Assembly (NCBI GenBank): GCA_965213925.1
Contig: OZ243927.1
Location: forward strand, 448,001 to 512,000
Direction of reading: 5' to 3'
Length of the DNA: 64,000 bases
DNA from: Trueperaceae bacterium
Lineage (GTDB): Bacteria; Deinococcota; Deinococci; Deinococcales; Trueperaceae
The notes beneath the pieces are model-generated. The model did not search any database and was not told the DNA's origin. It saw only the letters and a list, made by a program, of their open reading frames with translations. Positions 1-10,711 of this stretch are shown one piece after another. A program made the position numbers and the translations under genes. Numbering within the stretch: position 1 is the stretch's first letter; every line of letters begins with the position of its first letter.

Positions 1-433
1 TGCGCACGTAGAGCACCAGGCAGAGGAGCCCTAAGAGCGCAGTGAGCAGCAAAAAGGTCGGTGAGGTGAATGCAGCTAGGGCGTCCGGTCTGAAGAGGTA
101 GGCACTAAGCGGATGCGCGCCCACGTAGAGCGCGAGCGAGGCCGCGCCCCAGCCGAGCCGCGCACGCCTTAACGCCCATCCCGGAGGCGGGTTCAAGAGC
201 CCCCTGAAGAGAAGCTCTTCGGTCAACGCGGGCGTGACGAAAACGCGAGCGAAGAGGAGGAGCGCCGAGCCCAGACCCGGCCACCTAAGCGCCGCGATGA
301 GGTCCGCCCACCCCGCGAGCGGGTAGGCGACGAGGGCAAAGGAGCCCGCTACTAACATCGTCTCGCCCCAGGCGCGCGGCGTAGGGCGACGGGTTAGGAG
401 TGCGAGACGGCGCTGGAGCCACTTGGGAGGCAT
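1..433 (-). CDS. CPBP (Abi/CAAX protease-like) intramembrane glutamic endopeptidase, runs off the window start
   Basis: Not in the ORF track. My translation from ATG 433 gives MPPKWLQRR...VTPALTEELLFRGLL...LYVGAHP, i.e. hydrophobic segments plus the EExxFRG motif and a downstream His. Confidence 0.8.
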   Translation of the reverse strand, partial: MPPKWLQRRLALLTRRPTPRAWGETMLVAGSFALVAYPLAGWADLIAALRWPGLGSALLLFARVFVTPALTEELLFRGLLNPPPGWALRRARLGWGAASLALYVGAHPLSAYLFRPDALAAFTSPTFLLLTALLGLLCLVLYVR

Positions 434-527
434 ACGCCCACCTTATTACGAAGAAGGACGAAAGGCGACAAAGGAACCGGGATGCGCGGCGCGATCTGCT
501 ACACTGCGGCGCGTGAGCCTTTGAGCG

Positions 528-1043
528 ATGACCCACATAGAAGCTAAAGACCTCATCCGCAGGGAAGTGCCGCGTACGGGTGGCACCTGGGCTGACCTTG
601 GGGCGGGCTCGGGCGTGTTCACCCGAGCGCTCGCCGATTTGCTCGGACCTGCGGGGACGGTTTACGCGCTAGACCGACAGCCTGCCCGCGCGCCGCTCGC
701 CATTTCAGGTGGGTCGACTATTATTCCTATGCAGGCGGACTTCACGAAGCCCCTCGAGCTGCCTCCCCTAGACGGGCTGCTGATGGCGAACGCGCTGCAC
801 TTCGCGCGCCGCCACGAGCGAGTGCTTACGCAGCTCGTAGGTCACCTCCGACCGGGCGGCACCTTCCTGTTGGTCGAGTACGACCTGAAGAGGGGCAGCC
901 CTTGGATTCCTTTTCCGGTTCCCTTCACGGCGTTCGGGCGGCTCGCTGCTCGGGTCGGGCTGAGTGAGCCCGAAGAGGTGGGACGCCGTCCCTCACGCTA
1001 CGGACCGCGCGAACTATATGCCGCCGCCGCAGTAAAGACTTGA
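528..1043 (+). CDS. Class I SAM-dependent methyltransferase
   Basis: WADLGAGSG motif I, acidic residue after strand 2 (ALD), NALHF, LRPGG. Confidence 0.85.
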   Translation: MTHIEAKDLIRREVPRTGGTWADLGAGSGVFTRALADLLGPAGTVYALDRQPARAPLAISGGSTIIPMQADFTKPLELPPLDGLLMANALHFARRHERVLTQLVGHLRPGGTFLLVEYDLKRGSPWIPFPVPFTAFGRLAARVGLSEPEEVGRRPSRYGPRELYAAAAVKT

Positions 1044-1429
1044 ATCTAGGAAGGTGTCTGAAAGGAGCGTACTCCTTGGATTGGCGCGGCTTGTCGACAC
1101 AGGGCACACCGTAGCGGCTTAGGTCAGCGCTTCACTACTTAGGATACAAAGCACCGTAGAGATAGCGGGCGCTCTAAGCTGCTACTTCGTGTAGCCATCA
1201 AGCAAGCTGGGCTCGAGCTGACGGACGCTTTCGCCGACATGCTGCGCGTGCGTTAAGCGAAGCAGGTTTTCAAGTACCCTAGCTCGAGCCCTCTTTGTCT
1301 CTTCATGTTGGTTCAAAGCGCCTAAACGTTCTGCGCTGTTGCGCTAATATGGACCATGCTGGACACGACCGAGAACGCCAAGGTGCGCTCCAATAAATCT
1401 ACATAAACCTCTCGAGGAGGCCGTTACTT

Positions 1430-2977
1430 GTGACCGAGGCTGGACCATCCACGCGGCAAGCTGAACCGCATTCTACGCAACGTGCGGCTCAGCCGTCCGA
1501 ACAACACTTCGGCGTCGTCATCGTCGGCGCAGGGCTCTCGGGAATCGGCGCGGCGTGTTATGTGCAGCAGCGTCTCCCGGACAAGACGTTCACCCTTTTA
1601 GAAGCGCGGGGCAACTTAGGCGGCACCTGGGACCTGTTCCGCTACCCTGGCGTGCGCTCCGACTCCGATATGCAAACGCTCGGTTTTAGCTTCCGCCCCT
1701 GGACGAGCGACAGGTCCATCGCCGACCGGTCCGACATCTTTAGCTACATCAAGGAGACCGCCGAAGCGTACGATATCGAGCGGCACATCAAATACCATCA
1801 CGCGCTCCACAAAGCCTTATGGTGTTCTGAAAGGGCGCAGTGGCGGCTCGAGGTCGCTAGAGAAGGCGAACCGGTCTCAGTCACCTGCGACTTTCTCTAC
1901 ATGTGCAGCGGCTACTACGATTACGACGCGGGCTACACCCCGCAGTGGCAGGACATGGCGGCGTACGGGGGGAAACTCGTCCACCCGCAAGCGTGGCCCG
2001 AAGACCTCTCTGTAGAGGGAAAGCGCGTTGTCGTCATCGGCAGCGGCGCAACGGCCGTGACGCTCGTGCCCGAACTCGCCAAAGAAGCCGCGCACGTCAC
2101 CATGCTGCAACGTTCGCCCTCCTACATCGCCGCGCTGCCCGCCGAAGACGAACTCGCGAAAGGGCTCCACCGTTTCTTGCCGAGTCGCTTCGCACACCGC
2201 TTGGTGCGCTGGAAGAACCTGCTGCAAGGGATGTACATCTACGGGCTGTCGCGCTGGAAACCGGAGCTGGTCAAACGCTCGCTCATCAAAGAGGTGCAAA
2301 AAGAACTCGGACCCGACTACGACGTCGCGACGCACTTCACGCCGCGCTACAACCCCTGGGACCAACGCCTATGCCTCGCGCCCGACGGCGACTTTTTCGA
2401 AGCGCTCAAGTCCGGGAGCGCGTCTATCGTTACCGACGAGATCGCCTCGTTCACGGAGACGGGCTTGCGGCTCGCTTCGGGCGAGCATCTGGAGGCGGAC
2501 GTCATCGTGAGCGCGACCGGGCTCAAGCTCAAGATGGTCGGCGGCGTGCAGCTTTTCGTGGACAGCGCGCCTGTCGACGTCGCCAACACGCTCTCCTACA
2601 AAGGTGCGATGTATAGCGGCGTCCCCAACTTCGCCTCGGCGCTCGGGTACACGAACGCCTCGTGGACGCTCAAATGTGAACTGATTTCTAAGTTCGTCTG
2701 CCGCGTGCTCGCCTACATGGACGCGCGCGCTTACGACACCTGTACGCCCCGCTTGCCGGATGAGGCGATGCCGACGCAGCCTGCCGTCGGTCTAACCTCG
2801 GGGTACATCAAGCGCTCGGAGCATCTCCTGCCCAAGCAGGGTGAAAAGAAGCCCTGGAAGATTTATCAGAACTATTTCCAGGATGTCGCGGCGCTCGGCT
2901 TCGGCAGCTTGGAGGATGGGACACTCGAGTTTGAAAGAAGGTCTCACGCGGCTTCTCCTGTACACGGTTCAGGCTGA
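1430..2977 (+). CDS. Flavin-containing monooxygenase (Baeyer-Villiger/EthA-like)
   Basis: GAGLSG FAD motif, GGTWDLFRYPGVRSDSD, HPQAWP fingerprint, IGSGATA NADPH motif; GGAGG RBS upstream. Confidence 0.9.
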   Translation: MTEAGPSTRQAEPHSTQRAAQPSEQHFGVVIVGAGLSGIGAACYVQQRLPDKTFTLLEARGNLGGTWDLFRYPGVRSDSDMQTLGFSFRPWTSDRSIADRSDIFSYIKETAEAYDIERHIKYHHALHKALWCSERAQWRLEVAREGEPVSVTCDFLYMCSGYYDYDAGYTPQWQDMAAYGGKLVHPQAWPEDLSVEGKRVVVIGSGATAVTLVPELAKEAAHVTMLQRSPSYIAALPAEDELAKGLHRFLPSRFAHRLVRWKNLLQGMYIYGLSRWKPELVKRSLIKEVQKELGPDYDVATHFTPRYNPWDQRLCLAPDGDFFEALKSGSASIVTDEIASFTETGLRLASGEHLEADVIVSATGLKLKMVGGVQLFVDSAPVDVANTLSYKGAMYSGVPNFASALGYTNASWTLKCELISKFVCRVLAYMDARAYDTCTPRLPDEAMPTQPAVGLTSGYIKRSEHLLPKQGEKKPWKIYQNYFQDVAALGFGSLEDGTLEFERRSHAASPVHGSG

Positions 2978-3031
2978 TCGGGTCCCAAAAATTTCTCTTC
3001 GCTCCGTTTGTCCTCCCAGTAGACTGCGTTC

Positions 3032-4363
3032 ATGCAGTGGACGAGCGAGCGAGTTCTAGCCCTCGCGCCTGACAGCAGTTCGGTCAAGGCGGTTAAAAAG
3101 CTCTCAACGCTAAGCAAGTGGTCGAATCTAGGCGACAACGCGCGAGCGCTCTGGGGCGAATGCAAGGGCAGCGGCAGCAAGCCCTACTTAACCCAGATCG
3201 ACTTAGAAGGCGGTCCTTCCTTCAAGTGCTCGTGTCCGAGCCGTAAATTCCCCTGCAAACACGGTCTCGCGCTCTTTTTGCTGCGCGTTGACCAAGCGGG
3301 CGCGTTCGGCAGCGGCGAACCGCCCGACTGGGTCAGTGAGTGGTTGGAGGAGCGCAGCAAACGCGACGAGACCCAAGCCAAACGCGCCGAAACCAAGGCG
3401 AAAAAAGACGCCGACCCCGAAGCCACCGCGAAGCGCGCGGAAAAACGCGAAGCCAACATTCAGGCGGGCGTTCGCGACTTGGAGCGGTGGCTGTGCGACC
3501 TCGTGCGCCGGGGTCTCGCCAGCGTTCAGAGGGAACCTTACGCCTTTTGGGACGAGATGGCGAGCCGCATGGTGGACGCGCAAGCGCCGGGGTTAGCCAA
3601 CCGCTTGCGCGTGCTCGGTGGTCTGGCGGTGCGGGGCGAAGCGCAGGTGGACGTGCTACTCGAGCACCTCGGGCTTTTACACCTCTTGCTCGAGGGCTAC
3701 AGCCGCATAGACACGTTAGCGCAGGCGCTGCAAGCGGATATCAGAACGCAACTCGGTTTGACACAGGACCAGAACGCGCTGCTGCAACAACCAGGCATCA
3801 GAGACCGCTGGCAAGTCTTAGGTCAGGCGAGCGAGAACGAGAACAACCTTACGGCGCGGCGTTCGTGGCTGCGCGGCGAGCGGAGCGGGCGCACGGTGTT
3901 CGTCCTCGACTTTGCCTACGGCGGGGCGTTTACCGACGAGTCTTTGCTCGTGAACACCGCCTTCGAGGGCGAACTCGTTCTCTTCGAGGGTCACGCGCCG
4001 CAGCGGGCGCTCGTCAAAACATGGGAGGAGAGCGAAGTGCTGAGCAGCTTCAGCGCCGAAATGGACATTTTGAACGGCACGGCGCACTACGCGCAGGCGC
4101 TCGCCGCCCAGCCGTGGCTGACGCGCTATCCGCTCGCCCTCGAGGAGGTCCAACTCATACCGACATGTGGTGAGAAGAGCGAGACCTGGCTCCTCACGGA
4201 CGCCTCGCATCAGCTTCCCGTCCACCCCGACTTCGCTCAGGGCTGGACGCTCCCCGCGGTGAGCGGCGGGCAGCCGCTGACGCTCTTCGGCGAGTGGGAC
4301 GGACGCGCCTTTTTACCCCTCGCGGCGAGCTTGACGGACAAGACGGTGAGACTGCATGGTTAG
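3032..4363 (+). CDS. SWIM zinc-finger protein (YehQ-like)
   Basis: CSCPSRKFPCKH SWIM motif, GSGSKPY, RMVDAQAPGLA; first gene of a yeh-like cluster. Confidence 0.85.
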   Translation: MQWTSERVLALAPDSSSVKAVKKLSTLSKWSNLGDNARALWGECKGSGSKPYLTQIDLEGGPSFKCSCPSRKFPCKHGLALFLLRVDQAGAFGSGEPPDWVSEWLEERSKRDETQAKRAETKAKKDADPEATAKRAEKREANIQAGVRDLERWLCDLVRRGLASVQREPYAFWDEMASRMVDAQAPGLANRLRVLGGLAVRGEAQVDVLLEHLGLLHLLLEGYSRIDTLAQALQADIRTQLGLTQDQNALLQQPGIRDRWQVLGQASENENNLTARRSWLRGERSGRTVFVLDFAYGGAFTDESLLVNTAFEGELVLFEGHAPQRALVKTWEESEVLSSFSAEMDILNGTAHYAQALAAQPWLTRYPLALEEVQLIPTCGEKSETWLLTDASHQLPVHPDFAQGWTLPAVSGGQPLTLFGEWDGRAFLPLAASLTDKTVRLHG

Positions 4364-4414
4364 GGCGGTTGCGGTGGCGCGGCGTCGCAACGCCAGTTTG
4401 ACGGAGGAACGCCC

Positions 4415-5866
4415 GTGAGTTGGGACGCGCTCCAAAAGGGTGCGCTCTTAGGAACCGAGCGGCAAGCATACGAAGGCACGCTGCTCGCTGCAAGCCCTGA
4501 AGCGCAACTCCTGAGCGACGCGGCGGCGCTTACGTTGCAGCGTAAGGCGGGGCGTGTGCCCGCCGCGCGCAACCCCGACGACGCTCCTGCGCCCTGCCCA
4601 GAAGACGCGCAGCCCGCCGCCACTTACACCGCGACCTTACGAACGCTGCTCGAGACCCGCACCCACAGCCCCCTGCTTGCGCAGTGGTTGGACTGCGCCC
4701 AACGTGCCGACTTGCGCGCGCCCGAGCAGAGCCTGCCCGATTTGCTCGAGTACGGCAGACACGCCGCCGAGCTGCGCCCCGCTATCCGCGCCGTGCTAGG
4801 CGAAAGAGGTCGCTGGCTCGCGCGTTTGAATCGGGCGTGGGGCTGGGCGCTCAGACCTGAGGGGTGGATAGTCAATGGCGAAGTCATCCCCGAGGTGCGC
4901 CGCCGCGAGCCAGCACGCGCCCGCTCGCTCACCGAACAGGTATGGCAAGAGATGAGCGCACAGACGCGCACCGAGGTGGTCGATTGCCTCAGCGTCAACC
5001 TCAGCCTGGCGGACGAACCCTTTTTGGAACGCGCGTTGACTGACCGCAGCAAGAGCGTCCGTAGGAGCGCCTCAAGGCTCCTCACCCTTTTGCCCGGTTC
5101 CGCACTGAGCCGCCGCATGGCTAGGCGTGCCGATGCGCTTTTGAGCCTCGTGCCACAAGGCTCTAAAAAGGTCGTGACCTTAAACCTCCTCGCCCAAGCC
5201 GACGACGCCCTCTTGCCTGGCGGTATCGAACCGGAGAAAACGCGCGACGAGGGCGAGCGGGCGAGCCTGACGCGGCAGGTGCTAGAGGGCGTGCCGCTCG
5301 AGCATCTCACAGAACGCTTCGGTGAGCAGCCAAGCGTCCTCATCGACGCTGCTCTCGAAAATAAGGAGTGGGGCGCACTTATCTTGGCAGCGTGGACCGT
5401 GCGCACCGTGCGGGCGCAAAACACAGCGTGGGCACGAGCCTTCTTCGAGAAGCGCTCGAAGCTCATAAATATTACCTATACGGCGCTGCCCGACCTCTTT
5501 CGCCTGAGCATCCCCGCAGAGGAGCGCGACGCCTACCTCTTGGCTGAGGTCCGCCGCCACAAGCCGCCCTTGTATAAACATGGTGACTTAGCAGCGCTTC
5601 TCCACGCTCACGAACGCGCGTGGTCGCCCGCGCTGACGGCGGCGGTGCTGGCGGGTTTACCCGCCGACCTGAGCAGCGCCAAACACTACCGCCCCAACCT
5701 GCAAAGTTTCTACACCGCGTGCGCGCACTCCATGCACCCGGCGACGCTACAAGAGGTTCTCCAGACGCTTACCTTGCCCGAAAGTGCAAACTGGATAGAT
5801 ACCCTACTCGCCTATCTGCGCGACGTGGCCAACCTGCGCCGCGCCATCCTCGAGGAGTTCAGGTAA
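4415..5866 (+). CDS. DUF5691-like helical protein
   Basis: N-terminal ALLGTER, LGERGRWLARLN, DEPFLERALTDRSKSVR; typical position after the SWIM gene. Confidence 0.75.
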   Translation: MSWDALQKGALLGTERQAYEGTLLAASPEAQLLSDAAALTLQRKAGRVPAARNPDDAPAPCPEDAQPAATYTATLRTLLETRTHSPLLAQWLDCAQRADLRAPEQSLPDLLEYGRHAAELRPAIRAVLGERGRWLARLNRAWGWALRPEGWIVNGEVIPEVRRREPARARSLTEQVWQEMSAQTRTEVVDCLSVNLSLADEPFLERALTDRSKSVRRSASRLLTLLPGSALSRRMARRADALLSLVPQGSKKVVTLNLLAQADDALLPGGIEPEKTRDEGERASLTRQVLEGVPLEHLTERFGEQPSVLIDAALENKEWGALILAAWTVRTVRAQNTAWARAFFEKRSKLINITYTALPDLFRLSIPAEERDAYLLAEVRRHKPPLYKHGDLAALLHAHERAWSPALTAAVLAGLPADLSSAKHYRPNLQSFYTACAHSMHPATLQEVLQTLTLPESANWIDTLLAYLRDVANLRRAILEEFR

Positions 5867-5873
5867 TCGACCC

Positions 5874-7273
5874 ATGACAGACCTAACCGCACTCAAACGA
5901 GAAGCCCGCAACAAGAAGACCCGCCCCGAACGCCTGCGCCAACTCGCGGCGCTGGACGAGGCGCTTTCACGCGCCGTCGCCAAGAGCAAAAACACGCCCC
6001 CCGAAGTGCTCGCCGACCTCGCCCGCAGCGGCGATATGCCCACGCGCCGAAGAGTGGCGGCGAACCCAACTACTCCGGTTGACCTCTTGGAACAACTTGC
6101 GAACGATAACCAGTGGACGGTGCTCAAAGCCGTTGCGCTCAATCCGAACGCGACTCCTCAACTTTTAGACGACCTATCTCAGCATCCGCGTTGGAGCGTT
6201 CGGGAGACGGTCGCACGGCTTCGCCCGCTGCCACAAACCACAATCGAGCGGCTCGCTAATGACAGTCACGCAAGGGTGCGGGCACAACTCGCCTTGTCAA
6301 CCTTACCGCCAGACCTCTTGGAGAAGTTACAGAGCGATTCGGACGCCTTGGTCCGCCGCCATGTCGCGCTCAACCATCAGCTTTCTGCCGCCGCCTTGAC
6401 CGAGCTTTCGAACGATTCAGCAGAAATCGTCAGGGCTGCTGTGGCGATAAATAATGCGACACCCCGAGAAATCGTCAGAAAACTGTCGCATGACTCTGCG
6501 GCGACCGTAAGAGAGCTTTCAATCATAAGCGGTCGAGGCTTTTTCAACATTGAGGATTTCGAAAGGCTTGCGCTAGACGAAGCTGCGAATGTTCGTTTTC
6601 AGACTCTACAAGACCACGATGCGGCTCAAGCCCTACTCATCAAGCTTGTTGGTGACGAAGACTGGAGGATTAGAGTGCAAGTTGCCTATAGAGTGGCTGA
6701 CGCTACCGCACTCGAGACGTTATCCCATGACCCCGTGGACAGGGTGCGCCAAGAGGTCGCAAGCAACCATTTCACGTCTCAGAAAACGCTATTGCGGCTA
6801 GCCTCTGACACCAGTGCAAAAGTCAGGGAAGCGATTACTTACAACACAGATGCAGCGGAGGAGGTTTTGCTAAAACTTGCTCTTGACCCTAATGAGAAGG
6901 TCGCGGGGAGCTAGCGCTTCGTAGGATGTCACTCGCTATGAATCCCTATGACGAGGCGGAGCGAGAAGAGGCGGGATACAGCTACGCGCCGCTCGAGGCG
7001 CTGCGTACTCTTTTTGAAGACGATGACGAGAACGTCCGCTACTGGGCGAAAGAAACACTCGTATTTCATCACCCCAATTGCCCCTTAGAACTTCTCTTAA
7101 AGTTTTGCAGAGATGAGAACGTTTTTACTTCCTTCCGCGCTAAAGCGCGTCTTTGCGAGCAAACAGATACGCCTACCCACATGTTAGAGCAGCTCGCTAC
7201 CGATGAAGAGCAAGTCATTGCTGAGCGAGCCCAGGCACGCCTTCACGCGCTATCCCAAGAAAGTGAGACCTGA
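5874..7273 (+). pseudogene. HEAT/LRV-repeat protein split into ORFs 5874-6914 and 6926-7273 (probable frameshift near 6905-6911), or two separate genes
   Basis: About 24-aa repeats (L..LA.D....VR..VA.N..TP) occur in both ORFs. One extra G in the GGGG run at 6905-6908 would fuse them in frame (EKVAG-ELALRRMSL). Confidence 0.6.
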
Positions 7274-7276
7274 GTC

Positions 7277-8386
7277 ATGTCCGAGAACAATGTGCGCCCC
7301 GCCGCATCTCAAACCATCCTCCGCCAACACGCCGAACAAGCGTACGCCCACGAACTCGCCGAACTCGCCCAAGCGGATAAACGCCCGCGCCCTCCCAACT
7401 GGCACCTCTCGCCCTGGGCGGTGCGAACGTATCTGTTAGGCGGCACGTTGGAGAACGGCTTCGAGGTCTCCGCTAAGTATATCGGTGGGGCTCGAGTGGT
7501 CGAAATCGCCGTGGCGACGCTCGCCACCGACCGCGCCTTGCTGCTTATCGGCGTCCCTGGCACCGCGAAGACATGGGTGTCCGAGCATTTAGCCGCCGCG
7601 ATTTCGGGCGATTCGACGCTGCTGATTCAAGGCACGGCAGGGCTCAGCGAGGAGGCGGTGCGCTACGGCTGGAACTACGCGCAGCTTCTCGCGAAGGGAC
7701 CGAGTTTGGAGGCGGTGGTGGAGAGCCCCCTCATGCGGGCGATGAAAAGGGGCAAGGTCGCCCGCGTCGAGGAGCTGACGCGCATCCCGAGTGAGGTGCA
7801 AGACACGCTCATCACGGTTTTGTCCGAGAAAACGCTGCCTATCCCTGAACTGAATAGCGAGGTGCAAGCGGAGAGGGGCTTTAACGTCATCGCCACCGCG
7901 AACGACCGCGACAAGGGGGTGAACGACCTCTCGAGCGCCCTCAAGCGCCGCTTCAACACCGTCGTGCTGCCCCTACCTGCCAGCGCCGACGAAGAGGTCC
8001 GCATCGTGCAGCAGCGCGTGGCGAGCTTGGGCCGGGCGCTCGAGCTGCCCGCCGAGCCGCCCGTATTAGAGGAAATCCGCCGCGTCGTGACGGTCTTCCG
8101 CGAACTCAGAAGCGGCGTGACCGAGGACGGCAAGACCAAGCTCAAGTCGCCCAGCAGCGTGCTCTCCACCGCCGAAGCTATCGCCGTGGTCAACCAGGGG
8201 ATGTCTTTAGCGGGTCACTTCGGCGACGGCAGCCTCGGGGCGAGCGACTTAGCGGGCGGGCTGCTCGGCGCGGTCGTCAAAGACCGCGTGCAGGACAGCC
8301 CGATCTGGCGCGAGTATTTGGAGACCGTCGTCAAGGAGCGCGAGGGCTGGAGCGACCTCTACCGCGCCTGCCGCGACATCAGCTAG
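7277..8386 (+). CDS. MoxR-family AAA+ ATPase (YehL-like)
   Basis: Walker A GVPGTAKT, Walker B RVEELTR, sensor ATAN, arginine finger ALKRRF. Confidence 0.9.
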   Translation: MSENNVRPAASQTILRQHAEQAYAHELAELAQADKRPRPPNWHLSPWAVRTYLLGGTLENGFEVSAKYIGGARVVEIAVATLATDRALLLIGVPGTAKTWVSEHLAAAISGDSTLLIQGTAGLSEEAVRYGWNYAQLLAKGPSLEAVVESPLMRAMKRGKVARVEELTRIPSEVQDTLITVLSEKTLPIPELNSEVQAERGFNVIATANDRDKGVNDLSSALKRRFNTVVLPLPASADEEVRIVQQRVASLGRALELPAEPPVLEEIRRVVTVFRELRSGVTEDGKTKLKSPSSVLSTAEAIAVVNQGMSLAGHFGDGSLGASDLAGGLLGAVVKDRVQDSPIWREYLETVVKEREGWSDLYRACRDIS

Positions 8387-8389
8387 CGC

Positions 8390-10711
8390 GTGGTTCACCT
8401 CTACGGCATCCGGCATCACGGTCCCGGCTCGGCTCGGGCGCTGCGCCGCGCGTTGGAAAGGTTGGGTCCCGACCTCGTCCTCGTCGAGGGTCCGCCCGAC
8501 GCGGATTCGGTCATCGGCTTCGCCGCGCAGGAGGCGATGCAGCCGCCCGTCGCGCTCATGGTCTACGCGCTCGACAGACCGGAACACGCTGCGTTCTACC
8601 CCTTCGCGACGTTCTCCCCGGAGTGGCAAGCGCTGCGGTTTGCCCTCTCAAGAAACGTACCCGTGCGTTTTATGGACTTGCCGCAAGCACAACGGCTGGC
8701 GTTGACTGACTCCGCCCGAGAGAAAGAGGTCGAATCAGCAGATGAGACGGGAGAAGCTGACGAAGCCGGTGGAGCAGATGACGCAGGACTCGAGCCCGCC
8801 ACCGCGCCTCACCCTCGCCACGACCCCTTAGGACAACTCGCCGCCGCCGCTGGCTACGCGGACGGCGAACGCTGGTGGGACCAGGTGGTGGAGTCGCGGC
8901 GTGAAGACGAGGGGATGTTTGAGGCGATTCAGGAGGCGATGGTGGCGCTGCGTGAGGAAGTGCCGTCTTTGAGAGACACATTTGAGGACAGGCTCGAGGC
9001 GCGAATTGAAACGCTGCGCGAAGCCGCTATGCGCGAGACGATTCGCCGCGCTGAGCGGGAGGGCTTTGAGCGCATCGCGGTGGTGTGCGGCGCGTGGCAC
9101 GTGCCCGCCCTCTTAGAGCGGTCGAACGCAAAAGCGGACGAGGTGCTTCTCAAAGGGCTGCCTAAAATCAAGGTGAGCGCCACCTGGACGCCCTGGACCT
9201 ACGGACGCTTGACGCAGCGCAGCGGCTACGGCGCGGGCATCCTCTCGCCGGGTTGGTACGACCACCTCTGGCACGTCCGCAGCCGCGATGATAGTAGAGG
9301 CGACGATCAAGTCAGCGCCCGCTGGCTCACGCAGGTTGCGATCCTCTTCCGCGAGCAGGACCTGAGTGCTTCGTCCGCGCACATCATCGAAGGGGTGCGT
9401 TTAGCGGACAGTTTGGCGGCGCTGCGCGGAAAGTCGGCGGCAGGCTTGGAGGAGCTGAACGAGGCGGTGCAGGCGGTCTTCTGTGGCGGACGCACCCAGC
9501 CGCTGCGCCTCGTCGAAGAGAAGCTCATCGTCGGCGAGCGGCTGGGCGCGGTCCCTGAAGACGCGCCGATGCTCCCCTTACAGCAAGACCTCACGCGCTT
9601 GCAGAAGTCGCTACGGATGCAGCCTAAAGCGAGTGAAGTGGGGCTCGAGCTAGACCTCCGCAAAGAGGTGCACCTAAAGCGCAGCCACCTCCTTCACCGC
9701 TTGCGCCTCCTCCACATCCCGTGGGGCGAGCCGCGTTCCGCCTACGGCAAAAAGGGAAGCTTTCACGAGCACTGGCTCTTGCGCTGGCAGCCTGAGTTCG
9801 CGGTTCGGCTCGTCGAGGTGGCGGTGTGGGGCAACACGGTCGAACGCGCGGCGAGCGCCTTTATTCAGCACGAAGCGGCGCACGCGCCCCACCTGCCCGC
9901 GCTCACTGCGCTGCTCGAGGACACGCTCCTCGCTGACCTCCCAGACGCGGTCGCGGCGCTGACGAGCGCTTTAGAGGACAAAGCCGCCCTCACGAGCGAC
10001 GTGACGCACCTCATGGCGGCGCTCCCGCCCTTGGTGCAGGTGCTGCGCTACGGCAACGTCCGCAAGACGGACGCGGGTCAGGTCGCGCAAGTTTTGAGCG
10101 GGCTCGCGCCGCGCCTCTGCATCGGCTTGCCGGGAGCGTGCAATTCGCTAGACGACGACGCGGCGAACGCGATGTTTGAGCGCATCATGCGGACGCACAG
10201 CGCCCTCCGAACCCTCGCCGACGAGCGCTACAGCGCGATGTGGACGGACGCGCTGCGCGCTTCTCTGGAACACCCGAACACCCACGCGCTCGTAGCGGGA
10301 CGCGCCGCGCGGCTCCTCTTCGACACGGGCGACCTGAGCAGCGAGGCGGCGGCGCGGCGGGTGAGCATAGCACTCTCACGTGCGAGTGAACCCGCCGACG
10401 CTGCCGCTTGGATCGAGGGTTTTTTACGAGATAGCGGCGCGATTTTGCTCCACGACGAAGTGTTGTGGCGCGTGCTGGACGGTTGGTTGCAAAGCTTACG
10501 CGAAGAGACCTTCGTGCAGCTCGTCCCCCTTTTGCGGCGCACCTTTTCGACCTTCGCCGCGCCCGAGCGCAGGCAGATGGGCGAGCGGGTCAGACGTGGG
10601 GTCGGGGACCCTAGTTCCGACGAAAACTTGGACGAAGCGCGGGCGCAGGCGGTCATGCCTACCGTCCGGCAGCTTTTAGGTATTGGCGAAGACCTTGCGG
10701 AGGTGCCATGA
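8390..10711 (+). CDS. DUF5682 (YehM-like) protein
   Basis: GIRHHGPGSAR, VLVEGP, FSPEWQA, RE..M, VVCGAWH, SGYGAG; lies between the AAA and VWA genes. Confidence 0.85.
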   Translation: MVHLYGIRHHGPGSARALRRALERLGPDLVLVEGPPDADSVIGFAAQEAMQPPVALMVYALDRPEHAAFYPFATFSPEWQALRFALSRNVPVRFMDLPQAQRLALTDSAREKEVESADETGEADEAGGADDAGLEPATAPHPRHDPLGQLAAAAGYADGERWWDQVVESRREDEGMFEAIQEAMVALREEVPSLRDTFEDRLEARIETLREAAMRETIRRAEREGFERIAVVCGAWHVPALLERSNAKADEVLLKGLPKIKVSATWTPWTYGRLTQRSGYGAGILSPGWYDHLWHVRSRDDSRGDDQVSARWLTQVAILFREQDLSASSAHIIEGVRLADSLAALRGKSAAGLEELNEAVQAVFCGGRTQPLRLVEEKLIVGERLGAVPEDAPMLPLQQDLTRLQKSLRMQPKASEVGLELDLRKEVHLKRSHLLHRLRLLHIPWGEPRSAYGKKGSFHEHWLLRWQPEFAVRLVEVAVWGNTVERAASAFIQHEAAHAPHLPALTALLEDTLLADLPDAVAALTSALEDKAALTSDVTHLMAALPPLVQVLRYGNVRKTDAGQVAQVLSGLAPRLCIGLPGACNSLDDDAANAMFERIMRTHSALRTLADERYSAMWTDALRASLEHPNTHALVAGRAARLLFDTGDLSSEAAARRVSIALSRASEPADAAAWIEGFLRDSGAILLHDEVLWRVLDGWLQSLREETFVQLVPLLRRTFSTFAAPERRQMGERVRRGVGDPSSDENLDEARAQAVMPTVRQLLGIGEDLAEVP

